Shown piece after piece: positions 10,870 to 23,335 of a stretch of DNA of 49,500 nucleotides. The position numbers and the translations under genes were made by a program. Location: NCBI RefSeq assembly GCF_001194135.2, contig NC_068985.1:112333204-112382703 (forward strand), in the 5' to 3' direction. Position 1 is the first letter of the stretch, and every line of letters begins with the position of its first letter. The notes below the pieces were generated by a model. The model was not told the DNA's origin. It did no database searches and saw only the letters and a program-made list of their open reading frames with translations. This DNA comes from Octopus bimaculoides. Taxonomy: Eukaryota.

Positions 10870-12010
10870 CTAGCAGAAATACCCGGCTTTGCCCGGGTTA
10901 AAGAGAATAATGAAATCTAAAAACGCCGTCTAGACTACGCAACCCTCAACTGTTAGTAGCTACGATACCATATTTCTACATTAATAACTCTCCAATCCAT
11001 GCCAGCATGGAACATAGACATTAAGTGGAATGCCAGTCTCTCATCTAGGAAGGCCTTGAAATCAATGTTACTAACTGGGGACTATGTGTATCGTAGTGAT
11101 AATAAAAAGACCCAAAGGAGGTCAGCAACGAAATAATTTTACTCAACACTTTGCAAGTGAATCAGTGGAGGCAAAGATGTGTCTCATTTACTTGGCAATT
11201 TATGCACCACATTGCAGAAATCACAATGAAAGTATATCTGAAAGGGTAGTCTTACACTGTTNNNNNNNNNNNNNNNNNNNNNNNNNNNNNNNNNNNNNNN
11301 NNNNNNNNNNNNNNNNNNNNNNNNNNNNNNNNNNNNNNNNNNNNNNNNNNNNNNNNNNNNNNNNNNNNNNNNNNNNNNNNNNNNNNNNNNNNNNNNNNNN
11401 NNNNNNNNNNNNNNNNNNNNNNNNNNNNNNNNNNNNNNNNNNNNNNNNNNNNNNNNNNNNNNNNNNNNNNNNNNNNNNNNNNNNNNNNNNNNNNNNNNNN
11501 NNNNNNNNNNNNNNNNNNNNNNNNNNNNNNNNNNNNNNNNNNNNNNNNNNNNNNNNNNNNNNNNNNNNNNNNNNNNNNNNNNNNNNNNNNNNNNNNNNNN
11601 NNNNNNNNNNNNNNNNNNNNNNNNNNNNNNNNNNNNNNNNNNNNNNNNNNNNNNNNNNNNNNNNNNNNNNNNNNNNNNNNTCTCTCTGAAAGTATCTGTC
11701 ATTACAGTATCGAAATGTGATTGTTTCAGTTAGTAGAATAGTTTCATTTTTAAAGTGAAAGTATTTGACATGAGTGTTTTTGTTTCACTTTTGACACGTA
11801 ATACTTAAATAGTGGAGGAGATATTATGTTGCTGTGGGCTCGAACTCTGCAAGAAGTTAAAATTTTTTTTGACTAAAACACAACTGGAACTCTAAGTAAG
11901 GCATCTGTAAAATTTGAATGAAATTGGTTGTGTAGTTCTCGAGTTTTAGGGATTCACACAGACAGACAGATAGACAGACAGACAGACATTCTCATTTTTA
12001 TATATATAGA
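10870..12010 (-). mobile_element. Non-autonomous Helitron spanning a 419-N gap
   Basis: On the minus strand it starts A|TC (TCTATATATATAAAAATGAG, then a (GTCT)n tract) and ends CTAG|T. A GC-rich subterminal hairpin acccgggc-aaa-gccgggt lies about 8 nt before CTAG. There is no TSD and the site is A|T. These are canonical Helitron hallmarks. Confidence 0.85.
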
Positions 12011-12657
12011 TATATATACACACACACACACACGTGTGTGTGTGTGTGCGTGAATCATATATGCATATATGTGAATACATTTATATATGTAAGTATACAT
12101 GTTTGTATGCATGTAAATATGTGTGCATCATGTATATGTATTAATGTGTGTGTATATATATATATATATATGTATATGTGTTTGTATATATGTGTATCTT
12201 ACAGGTTCATTCACCATACCAACTGCACAAATACACACACACACACACACACAAACAAACACCTGTCTATGTAAATATTCAATGTTGGATGCATGAAAAG
12301 TGTTATCAATGTGTGATGAGAAAACTTCAATAAATAAAACTAATTAGATGAATTAGACGAGATCTTAGATTAGCTTCTAATCTTTCTCACCAATTCAGTC
12401 CAACACTGATAAAGAACACTACACCAAACACACACACACACGCCGGTATTGACTGCTCCCACGTGTGTCTGTGTTTGTGTGAGAGAGAGAGAGGAAGAGA
12501 GAGACAGAATAAGAGTCTGTGTATGTATGTGTAGGGTGGGAAAAAGAGAGAAATTGCGTGTGTATGTGTGTGCGAGTTTTCTGTTAGATTGTGCATGTGT
12601 GTTTGCGTGTAAGACTGTGTTTGTGTGTGCGTGTGTTTACTGTGAGATTACATGTGT

Positions 12658-12690
<33 letters not shown>

Positions 12691-12897
12691 CTTACAGGCA
12701 TGTGTTTGCTGTGAGATTGTGCGTGTGCATGCGTTTACTGTGAAATGGTGTGTATGCATGTTTGCGTTAGAGAGAGAGAGAGAGAGAGAGAGAAAGAAAG
12801 AGCGCGCGCGCACGTGTGTGTGTGTGTATGCTAATATGTGAAATTTTGTTTTTGTGTGAGCATATTTGTGTATGTGTGTGAGTGTGTGCATGTCAGG

Positions 12898-12938
<41 letters not shown>

Positions 12939-13060
12939 GAGAAAGAAAAATCTCACGTGTGCTAATATGCAAGATGAGATAGTGTGTATAAGTGTGTACA
13001 TGTGAGAGTGTATATGTGTGTGAATGTATATATGCATGTGTGTGTGTGTGTCTAATGGCA
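12010..13060. repeat. Degenerate (TG)n/(CA)n/(GA)n field
   Basis: Directly visible. Confidence 0.9.
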
Positions 13061-13189
13061 GGGGTGTGTGGGGTGGAGGGGCAGGCAGAGATAAAGATGA
13101 GTCAAAGATAATATGATTGTAGTGTAGTAAAATAAGAGAGAAAGGTGTGACTGAAATAATACCACAGAAATACAACATGCCAAAATGGT

Positions 13190-13660
13190 ACAACTGGTGG
13201 CGGCAGCGGCGGTGGTGGTGGTGGTGGTAGTGTGTCAGTGATGGCGGCGGCAGGGAGGAAGGTTTCTAGCATGCTGGATAGATGAGTATGATGATGACGA
13301 TGATGATGACGATGATCAAAAATATGGCATCATGCAGGAAGAGTTGGGAATCTGCAACCCTCACTGACGCCATTGTAACCACTACTACAACCACTGCCCT
13401 AACCACCAATACAACCCTCACCATCACCAGCACCACCACCACTACCACAATAACTACTACCCTTCAACATGTGCACCACCACCACCATTATCATCCCTAC
13501 CACAACTACAATCTTCATTAACACTGCAACAACCACAAGCACAATCATCATCATCATTGTCATCAACAACACCATCATTATCACTAATACAACTGCTACC
13601 ACCACTAACCATTGCTATCACTACCACTACCACCACCCCACCGCCACCACATTCTCTATG
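13190..13660. repeat. Trinucleotide mosaic (GGT/GAT then ACC/ATC/ACT)
   Basis: Directly visible. Confidence 0.9.
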
Positions 13661-13779
13661 AGAGGGAATATCCTGGATCCATATATACACACACATACAC
13701 ATTTACCACACACATGCAGACACATACATATATATACATTTTTGCACACGCACACGTGTCTCCCAAGAGCACCATCAGC

Positions 13780-14090
13780 CATATATATCTTAAGACACAC
13801 ATACACACACACATATATATATACATATACACACATTTACAATAGACATATATCTTAAAATATACACACACACACACACATACCAAGAGAACCATATACA
13901 TCTTAAGATACATACATATATACATACATATGCATATAGACATTTAAAACACAGACATATATATCTTAAAACACACACACACACACATACATTTACACCA
14001 TATATATTAAAACACACATGTGTATCAAGATAATCATATACACCTTCAGACATACACCTACACAAAACAGACATATATCTTAACGCGTGC
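13780..14090. repeat. Degenerate minisatellite (about 60 bp) with catatatcttaa anchor in a CA/TA matrix
   Basis: The anchor recurs about 6 times. Confidence 0.6.
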
Positions 14091-14689
14091 ATACACACAC
14101 ACACACACGTACTAAGAAAACCCGTAACCATATGCATCATGAAGCACACACACACATATATATATACACTCCCCACCATATATAGAAATATATATATATA
14201 TANNNNNNNNNNNNNNNNNNNNNNNNNNNNNNNNNNNNNNNNNNNNNNNNNNNNNNNNNNNNNNNNNNNNNNNNNNNNNNNNNNNNNNNNNNNNNNNNNN
14301 NNNNNNNNNNNNNNNNNNNNNNNNNNNNNNNNNNNNNNNNNNNNNNNNNNNNNNNNNNNNNNNNNNNNNNNNNNNNNNNNNNNNNNNNNNNNNNNNNNNN
14401 NNNNNNNNNNNNNNNNNNNNNNNNNNNNNNNNNNNNNNNNNNNNNNNNNNNNNNNNNNNNNNNNNNNNNNNNNNNNNNNNNNNNNNNNNNNNNNNNNNNN
14501 NNNNNNNNNNNNNNNNNNNNNNNNNNNNNNNNNNNNNNNNNNNNNNNNNNNNNNNNNNNNNNNNNNNNNNNNNNNNNNNNNNNNNNNNNNNNNNNNNNNN
14601 NNNNNNNNNNNNNNNNNNNNNNNNNNNNNNNGGATGGGGACGGGGGGGGTTTAAAAAGGAAAAGGATGGATGTTCAGAGCACTTCATTT

Positions 14690-15022
14690 TGATGTCAGTC
14701 GTGATGAAGATGATGACGATGTTAAGAGCAATATTGAGCTGATGATGATGATGATGATAATGGTGATGACGAAGAGAACAGCGATGACAATGATGATCTT
14801 TATTTGGATGTCAGACACGATAAAGATGATGATGATGATGATGATGATAACAGTAATAGTGAAGATGATGTTGACAACCATGAATGTGATAACACTGTTG
14901 TCAGTGTGATGATAGTATTGCTGATAATGATGATGATGATGATGCTGCTGACGGCGATGATGGTGATGACAATGACAACGGGTATTGACAATGATGACAA
15001 GAGTGTTTGTGGTGATGTAAGT

Positions 15023-15053
<31 letters not shown>

Positions 15054-15365
15054 ATGATGACATTGATGACAGTTGATGATGATGATGATGATAACAATGA
15101 CAGCACTGATGCTGAGAAAGATGAATAGAGATGAAGCTGTTAGCAAAGATAGTGTTCTTGATGATGATGATGATGATGAGGAGGAGGAGGAGGAAGAGGA
15201 TAGCACTTGTTAACAATGATGATGGTGGTGGTGGTGGTGGTGGTGGTAATGAGGAAACCAATGATGAGACTAACAATGACAGTGTGGTTAACGATGATGA
15301 TGACAACGACAGAGATGCTGTTGATGATGATTATGATGATGATCGTCGTCATCATCATCATCACC
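14690..15365. repeat. Decayed (GAT)n/(GGT)n/(GAG)n trinucleotide field
   Basis: Directly visible. It is the source of the poly-D/M/S/I ORFs. Confidence 0.9.
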
Positions 15366-15429
15366 AACGTGTGTACTTTCTTTTCTTTTGACGGGGAAGT
15401 GAAGCAACAAATAAATGTTGCTTTGTACC

Positions 15430-15570
15430 AGCCGAGCGGAGGGGGTGGTGGGGTGGGGGCAGGGAAAGACGATGCCGACAGAGGGGGCGGGCGATGTTAA
15501 AGAGTAAACTCTACAAGACACACAGTTTTTTGTCGGCACGGCCTCCCCACCCTACCCCGCCACCACACCC
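15430..15570. promoter_or_regulatory. Unique GC/CpG-rich patch with a canonical G4 motif and a GC-box
   Basis: G5-TGGT-G4-T-G5-CA-G3 at 15441-15464 and GGGGGCGGG at 15483-15491. Function is inferred only. Confidence 0.3.
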
Positions 15571-15689
15571 TTGATGGTTGTTGACATGCTCTGTTGCAAC
15601 CATGTAATGTAATCCTACTCTGGTCAGTAATGTGGAACAGAGCATGCATACACGCATGTACACATGCTAAAGAGCCAATAGGAGGGACG

Positions 15690-15924
15690 GAGTAGCTATG
15701 CGGTCCCTCAGTCTGCTAGAAATAGCAGTTTGAAGCCTCCCTGCTCACATCACATATTATTGTGTTAGAATTAAAACAATGTTACGTCGGATTAGGTAGT
15801 CACTGATATAGGGAAAAAAAAAAAAAAAAAAAAGATGGGCGTGGTGCTGGTGGTGTGGGTGGTCATATCTGGAGCGACTCTATTCATAGGTGTGTTCACT
15901 GAGAATTGATCTGGGCTAAACAAC
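15690..15924 (+). mobile_element. Family J copy with internal poly-A
   Basis: ggtccctcagtctgctagaaatagcag..a(n)gatggg..ctgggctaaacaac. Confidence 0.65.
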
Positions 15925-16039
15925 TGTTACAGCAGAAATTAATGAGGGTGCTGTAGTTGCTTATCCTGCTGGAAACAATAGCCAAACAACCACAGAAACA
16001 GCAATAACAACAACGCTTGCGGATGCATGCATACATACA

Positions 16040-16712
16040 GGTTCGTATACCCAAACACACAGACAAAACACAGACTTGTATATGCATTTAAACAACATAC
16101 ACAAACACACACACAGACTTACACAAATACAAGATGCACAGATTCACACATACTTACACACACATAAATATCAACATACACATATACAAACACACCAACA
16201 AAAAAACACAGACCCACACACAGACAACTACAAGATGCACACAGATTCACACGTACACACCAACATACACAGACTCACACACACAAACATAATGAGCACG
16301 TAGATTCTCACATACATACAAGTCACACACACACAAACACATACAAACCAACATACACACACATACAAACCCACACATACATAAAAACATACACACATAC
16401 ACACCAACATACACAAACACATATACACCAACATACACACACACGGCACATAAATTCTAACATACATACAAGACAAACAGACATAGATTCACACATACAT
16501 ATAACAGACATACACATACACACCCACATGCACAAACACACAGAGACTCATACACACACACACACACACAAAAGATTCACACACACATACAACAGACAGA
16601 CACACACACACACACAGCATATAGAAACCCAGACTTACATACAAAGACACAATCACACACCACACAAACTTACAAACACTGACGCGCACACACACACACA
16701 CACACACACACA
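16040..16712. repeat. Degenerate (CA)n/(CATA)n field
   Basis: Directly visible. Confidence 0.9.
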
Positions 16713-17335
16713 AAGTGATATAATATCTATTGTGAGATTAATAACATTACATGATCAAAGTGATGGCCACGAGGGTTCTTCCTCTCTTCCTCTCTACTCC
16801 TCTCCCACACCAACACACCCTTGCCAAGTGGTTGCTACACCGCACCATCTCATCTCCGCATCATATCACTTTACCTAACGTAACACACACACTCAACACA
16901 ATTCAGTCAAGTAAAACCAGAAAATGTATCATTAGTTTAGAATGATGTGGGCAACTGACAACCCGGCTACAGCAAGGACCTGGCTTATGGGGTGGCACAG
17001 GGCTGTGTGTGTGGGGTGTGCGTGTATAGGGGAGAATCTGCGTGTGTAGTGGGTTGCATATGCATATATAGGATGGCCAGCATGTATATGTGGGAGCCTG
17101 TGTAGGGTGGGGGAGTTATGTGTAGGGGGAGTCTGCATGTAAGGGATCTTTGAAGGAATGGGTTTGTGTGTGAAGGTGTGTAAGTTTCAAATGTAAGCCA
17201 ATATGAAATTTTGATAGACGGTTTTAATTTCGATCTCTTTTTTTAAAAAAGAAGTTCCTATCAGACACCCAGGGACAATCTCAGATGGGGTGGTATCAAA
17301 AAAGGGTAAGAGCAATAAAATAATCTTAGCCAATA

Positions 17336-17717
17336 CGCGCAGGAGTGGCTGTGTGGTAAGTAGCTTGCTTACCAACCACATGGTTCTGGGTTCAGTCCCA
17401 CTGCATGGCACCTTGGGCAAGTGTCTTCTACTATAGCCTCGGGCTGACCAAAGCTATGTGAGTGGATTTGGTAGTCGAAAACTCAAAGAAGCCCGTCGTA
17501 TATATATGTATATGTGTGTCTGTGTTTGTCCCCACAACATTGCTTGACAACTGATGCTGTTGTGTTTACATCCCCGTAACTTAGCGGTTTGGCAAAAGAG
17601 ACCGATAGAATAAGTACTAGGTTTACAAAGGATAAGTCCGGGGTCGATTTGCTCGACTAAAGGCAGTGCTCCAGCATGGCCGCAGCCAAATGACTGAAAC
17701 AAGTAAAAGAGTATAGA
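17336..17717 (+). mobile_element. SINE family A, full length (head, CORE-like block, TA/TG tract, tail A)
   Basis: gcgcaggagtggctgtgtgg..gggttcagtccc..ccttgggcaagt..ccagcatggccgcag..gaaacaagtaaaagag. Confidence 0.92.
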
Positions 17718-18385
17718 GAGTAAATCATTTGTGCAGTTTGTTCAACTAGAAACTGCAGGACTTTCAGCTGTCATCTACAACAGGAGAGCCCATGATATAT
17801 GTTTGTGAAGGCATGTTACCAAGTGCTTAAAGTGCAATCAATCATGATTGTCAGATTGCGGTTTCAATTCCTGGACCGGGCGGTGCATTGCGTTTTCAAT
17901 CAAGGCATCTCATCTCACATTGCTCCATGATCACTTCGACATCAGACGTGTGGCACACTTCTGCATCTGTACAGGTGATGTTGATTTGATGGAAGGACAG
18001 AGGTAATCTACAGCACAAACATTTGATTACTATTAACAAATCATCTATGCAGGTTGTTCAGCTACAAATTGCAGAACTCTCATCTGTGGTCTACGATAGG
18101 AGAGTCTCCCTGATGATATATATTTGTGGTCAGGGTGCAGCATTCATGATCGTCAGATCACAGTTTCAATTCCCAGACCAAGTAGTGCATTGTGTTTTCA
18201 ATCGAGGAACTTCATCTCACGTTGCTCCATGATCACTTCAACATCTGACATGTAGCTCACCATGCACCTGTTCAGATAACGTCAATTTGATGAAGAGAGT
18301 GAACCTATGTAATTAGTATAGCCAAATAATTTGTGCAGGTTGTTCAGCCAGAAATTGTAGAACCGTCTTTCCCAGACTTACAAAA
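17718..18385 (+). mobile_element. Head-to-tail array of SINE family H (one tail fragment plus two copies)
   Basis: aaatcatttgtgcag.ttgttca at 17722, 18038 and 18324; B-box ggtttcaattcc in both full units. Confidence 0.8.
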
Positions 18386-18983
18386 CTACCAAGAACACTT
18401 TGCCTTTTCACCATTTTTCCATAGCAATAAAGTGCATGACATCAGGGAGATTTGGCTGCTATTTCTAGCCATATAAAGGAGTCGCCCCTACACGCAAGAG
18501 ACACCAGGGTCCTTACCTATGGCTACTGCTGTGTGTGTGCGCGCACGTGTTTGTATGTGTGTGTGTTTGTGTGTAGGGGGTGGATTTAGTTTAGGTAATT
18601 CAATCTAAACAATCTGGAAAGTTTCTAAACTTTATTGAAACCATGTGTGGTACTTCAAAGCTCCCCCGCTGTACCTGTGTGATGGTAACCTTGACTATGT
18701 TGTGCATGACATTCTCATCACCCACTTATTGTAGTAATTCTGGAGAGTGGTGGGTGGGGTTCCTAAACCACCATCCCACCGTTGTTGCCGCCACCATTAA
18801 CACCAACACTATCACCAGCTCTTTGCCCCACTGAGAACATTGTTTGTGTAACACAGTGGAAATAGAAGAAAAACATTGATTTAACACGTGTGGTGATGGT
18901 GGTGATGGTTGACAGGGAGGGTATAAGGCACACACACACACATATGATGCCATCACAAAGATCCTAATACACACACACACGTT

Positions 18984-19022
<39 letters not shown>

Positions 19023-19193
19023 NNNNNNNNNNNNNNNNNNNNNNNNNNNNNNNNNNNNNNNNNNNNNNNNNNNNNNNNNNNNNNNNNNNNNNNNNNNNNN
19101 NNNNNNNNNNNNNNNNNNNNNNNNNNNNNNNNNNNNNNNNNNNNNNNNNNNNNNNNNNNNNNNNNNNNNNNNNNNNNNNNNNNNNNNNNNNNN

Positions 19194-19244
<51 letters not shown>

Positions 19245-19507
19245 CAGAAACACACACACACACACATATATATATACCAACATATACACCACACCCACAT
19301 GCATTTCCACAAACCAATATGCATACATACATATATACACACACACACGCCTATATACATACATCTATATACACACATACACCTATATACATACACATAT
19401 GCACACACACATGTATATGCATGCATGCATACACACACACACACACACGCACACACCTATATGCAGACATATATGTACACACACACACACACACCTATAT
19501 ATTTACT

Positions 19508-19752
19508 AAGGTGACAAGCTGGCAGAATCATTAGCATGTTGGGCAAAATACTTCACGGCATTTCATCCATCTTTACGTTCTGAGATCAAATTCTGCTGCG
19601 ACTGACTTTGATTTTCATCCTTTCGGATCGATAAATGAAGTACCAGTCAGGTACTGGGGTCGATGTGATTGACTTACCTGCTCCCCACAAATTTCAGGCC
19701 TTCTACCTTTAGTAGAAAGGATTATTATTACCATTATTATTATTATTATTAT
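19508..19752 (+). mobile_element. SINE family C with tail C2 ending in (ATT)n
   Basis: aagctggcagaatc..gagatcaaattc..aaatttcaggcc..agtagaaaggattattatt. Confidence 0.85.
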
Positions 19753-20420
19753 TGAGTGAGAGAGCAGTGCATGCCATCAAAGTGACACTGGGGTAAAATC
19801 TACGAAACCCATTATACCCATCATGACTACCTGTCTGATAAGGGTACACAAGGCACATGCATCACAACCATATGTGCGCGACATGGTGATCTCATATCAA
19901 GATAAACAGTGCATGACCTCGCAGGTGGGGCCCAGTTAGAATTTTCTTCAGGTCGAGTAGCCCATCCCGCTCAAAAGGTCTCTGAATAAGGTTTGTTTAA
20001 GGATGTTGAACAAAACAACCATGTTTACAAAGGTGAATTATTCAAACCCCAAAGAATTCCTCTCAACACNNNNNNNNNNGTAGCCCATCCCGCTCAAAAG
20101 GTCTCTGAATAAGGTTTGTTTAAGGATGTTGAACAAAACAACCATGTTTACAAAGGTGAATTATTCAAACCCCAAAGAATTCCTCTCAACACATGACTAT
20201 GATGCTCCCCCACTACTTCTGCTCGTGATCAGAGATACACATATCGTCAGCCACTAAGGGACATGCTCAACTGGTTAAGGTCAAACAACTGACAAGCAAA
20301 TCTGTGGTACTGAGCAGAATATTTGCTGTAGCCCATCTTTTTATACCAAGACAAAACAATGTACATGATAACACTTCCAATCAGTTAAGATCAGACGCCA
20401 TGAGAGCCACTGCCTGGTAC

Positions 20421-20421
<1 letters not shown>
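19753..20421 (-). mobile_element. Family I retroposon 3' region flanked by (ATT)n on both sides; includes an artefactual 113-bp duplication
   Basis: The minus strand ends ..ctctctcactc(aat)n. No ORF. 19957-20069 and 20080-20192 are identical across a 10-N gap. Confidence 0.6.
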
Positions 20422-20451
<30 letters not shown>

Positions 20452-20452
<1 letters not shown>

Positions 20453-20725
20453 GAGGGCACATGGCTTAGTGGTAAGGATGTTGCACTGATGATCTAACAA
20501 TCATGATTTCAATTCCTAGACCAGGTGGTGCATTGCATTCTTGAGCAAAACACTTCACCTCACATGGCTCTCTGATCATTTCAACACCTGACACATAGTA
20601 CACCTTGCACTGGTTCAGACAATGTTGATTTGACGGGAGTGTGAGAGCTAATGAGCAGTATGAGTATTTGATCACGATAAACAAGTCATCAGTGTTGGTT
20701 GCTCAACAAAAGCTGAATGCTCATA
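20452..20725 (+). mobile_element. SINE family H
   Basis: ggcacatggcttagtgg..gatttcaattcctagacc..ttgagcaaaacacttca. Aligns to the 17806 copy. Confidence 0.8.
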
Positions 20726-21308
20726 CATCACCTTTGACAGGACAGTCCGTCATTATTTAATTTATTCAATTTTAGTAAAATTGGAACATATCTTTGACAG
20801 TTTCAGAGCATATGGAACTTATTTTAAAGTGTCTTGCTCAAGGACACAATGCACCACCAGGAATCAAACAGGAATCAAACAATGTTACACTGCGCAACAC
20901 AGGATTATGCTAAAACTACACTGCCCTACACTTCCATTGCATTACACAACACTTCTGCTGTTTTATACAAGACCACACTAATACTAACTTACATCAAAGA
21001 GGATTATAGAAACACTACACTGCTGTACACCAATACTACACTGTTCTACATTACATTACACGAAAATTACACTGTGTTATAACACACACTACATCAAACT
21101 GAACCACAGAAATGTTACACTGCTCTACACCAACTTTACAATGTATTACAAAACACACTTACACTGAAGGACACAAGATTACCCCCAAACTGTTCTTATT
21201 ACACGATATTTATTCAACACTATAGAAGATCACAGTACTGCTACACTGCTTTATATCGCACCTGCACAACACTGCATTGCACCACAGCAGTATGACACTG
21301 CAATATGC

Positions 21309-21742
21309 CTCTCTTTTATCTTTCTGTTTTTTACTGGTTTCAGTCATTAAGCTGCAGCCCATGCTGGGGCACCACCTTAAAGAACTTTTAGTCAACTGAA
21401 TCAACCCCNNNNNNNNNNCCCTCACCGCCAGTATTTATTCTTTTTTAAAATGCGTTACTTATTCTATCAGTTTCTATTGCTGAACTGCTAGGCTATGGGG
21501 ATGTAAACACACCAACACAGGTTGTCAAGTGGTGGTAGAGGGACAAACACAGACACAAAGACATGCACGCATGCACACACACGACACGCTGCTCTCAATT
21601 TCTGTCTGCCTACCAAATCCACTCACAAGGCTTTGGTCAGCCTGAAACTATAGTAGAAAACATTTGCTCAAGGTACCATACAGTGGGCCTGAACCCAGAA
21701 CCATGTGGTTGGGAAGCAAATTTCTTACCACACACCCACATC
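21309..21742 (-). mobile_element. SINE family A, full length
   Basis: The reverse complement aligns to the 17336 copy. There is a 10-N gap inside. Confidence 0.85.
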
Positions 21743-21837
21743 TGATCAGTATTACACTGCTTTACATTACACCCATATAACACTACAATATAGGGGATTA
21801 CACCAAAAACAAAACTGCAGTGCACCAGAGCTATATA

Positions 21838-22170
21838 AAGGGTAAAGGGTAAGGTCCCCCTTTGGTCATGAATGATCAAGGGAATGCACCTAGAAAGTTC
21901 CCCTCTGAGGAACAAGTCTGGACAAGGTTACTTGTGGAAGACCAGCAGTTGCCCCCCCCCCCATCTCCATGCCACCGACTTTATCCAGGGGCCGATGCAG
22001 CTTGGCTGCCATTGACGTTGTAACTCATTTCTACAGCTGAGTGAACTTGAGCAATGTGAAATAAAGTGTCTTGCTCAAGAACACAACACAGCACATGGCC
22101 TGGTCCGGGAATTGAACTCACTACCTCATGACTGTGAGCTGAATGTTTTAACCACTGAGCCATGCACCCA
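21838..22170 (-). mobile_element. SINE head E + tail G ((TTTACC)n-like end)
   Basis: Minus strand tggctcagtgg..gagttcaattcc..cttgagcaagacactttatttcac..gaccaaagggggaccttaccc. Confidence 0.85.
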
Positions 22171-22809
22171 CTGCAGTACACTACAACTATATAACATTAG
22201 AACAGACAGGGTGACACTATAATCTACATTGCAGTACACCACAGCTATCCAGCACTACAATATAGAATACACTAATACAACACTGCAGTACATTACAACT
22301 ATACAACACTAGATCAGACAGACTTACACTACACCTATGTAACACCATAAAACACCACTTCTATACAACACAATAATTATACAAGATTACACTATTGCTA
22401 CACTGCGGCACATCACAGCTATGTCACAACACTACAAACACTACATCAAACGGTATTACACCAATATCACACAATACAACACAGCATCATACAAGAGATA
22501 ATACTTAATACTAAGAAAATACCTCAAGGCTGTCATACCTCAATATTTCACCTCCGTTCGACAAAGCCATTTTACAACATCGACGACAACAACAATAACA
22601 ACAATGATAACAACAAAAGTGATACAGACACACAGACAGACTAATACATTATTAGAATTAAATATCAGAAGAATATAAAAATAAAAATAAAAAAATGGGG
22701 AAAATGATAAAAGAGCAAAAACAGGGGAACGAGAAGTGATAGAGAGTAAGGAGAGGAGAGGTTGAAGAGAGAGTGAGAGAGACTCTCCCTGTCTCACACT
22801 TTCTGTCTT

Positions 22810-23335
22810 TTACAGAAATGGGGAGAGAGACCTAGACAGACAGGGACAATGGGAGAAAGTTACAGAAAGGGAGAGAGAGAGAGAACAAGAATGAGAAGGA
22901 GATAGGGAAAATGACAGGCAGACAGGTAAAAAGAGACAGACACAGAGGGGGTAGTGAGAGGAAGAAAGAGAGAGAAGGAACAAGGAGACAGATTGAAAGG
23001 GTGAGAGAGAAAGAGAGGGAGAGAGAGAAAAGGGAAGAGAAAGAGAGAGAGACAGACAGAAAAGGAATGAGAAAGAGAAGGGGAACACAAGAGTGAGAGA
23101 GAGAGAGAGAGAGGAAATAAAACAAAGGGAGATAGAGGGGGTAAAAGAGACAGAGAGAAAGGGAAAGTGAAAGGAGGAGAGAGAGAGGACAAGAATGAGA
23201 GAGAGGGGGAACATGAGTGAGAGAGATATAGAAAGGGAGATAGAGAAAAGGGGAGAGAGGAAGAACAAGAGAAAGAGAGACAGAGAGAGAGAGAGAGAGA
23301 GAGGGGGAACATGAGAGAAAGAGAGAAAGTGAAAT
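22810..23335. repeat. About 520-bp degenerate (GA)n polypurine tract
   Basis: Directly visible. Confidence 0.92.

Larger units (their letters stand above)
20880..22500. repeat. Old degenerate (ACACT)n/(ACAAT)n pentamer satellite split by two SINE insertions
   Basis: ctacac/actac/ttaca motifs run through 20880-21305, 21745-21835 and 22170-22500. Confidence 0.7.

Noticed and set aside
14670-15500. Poly-Asp/Met/Ser ORFs resembling acidic biomineralisation proteins (also 13266-13858 and 46921-47298)
   Set aside because: These are decayed trinucleotide repeats. The Asp frame is broken by frameshifts and stops, and several frames are open for compositional reasons.
17336-17410. tRNA-like sequences in SINE heads (all families)
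   Set aside because: They have A and B boxes but no complete cloverleaf and continue into SINE bodies, so they are not tRNA genes.
19957-20192. Perfect 113-bp direct repeat
   Set aside because: The copies are identical on either side of a 10-N spacer, which indicates an unmerged contig overlap, not biology.
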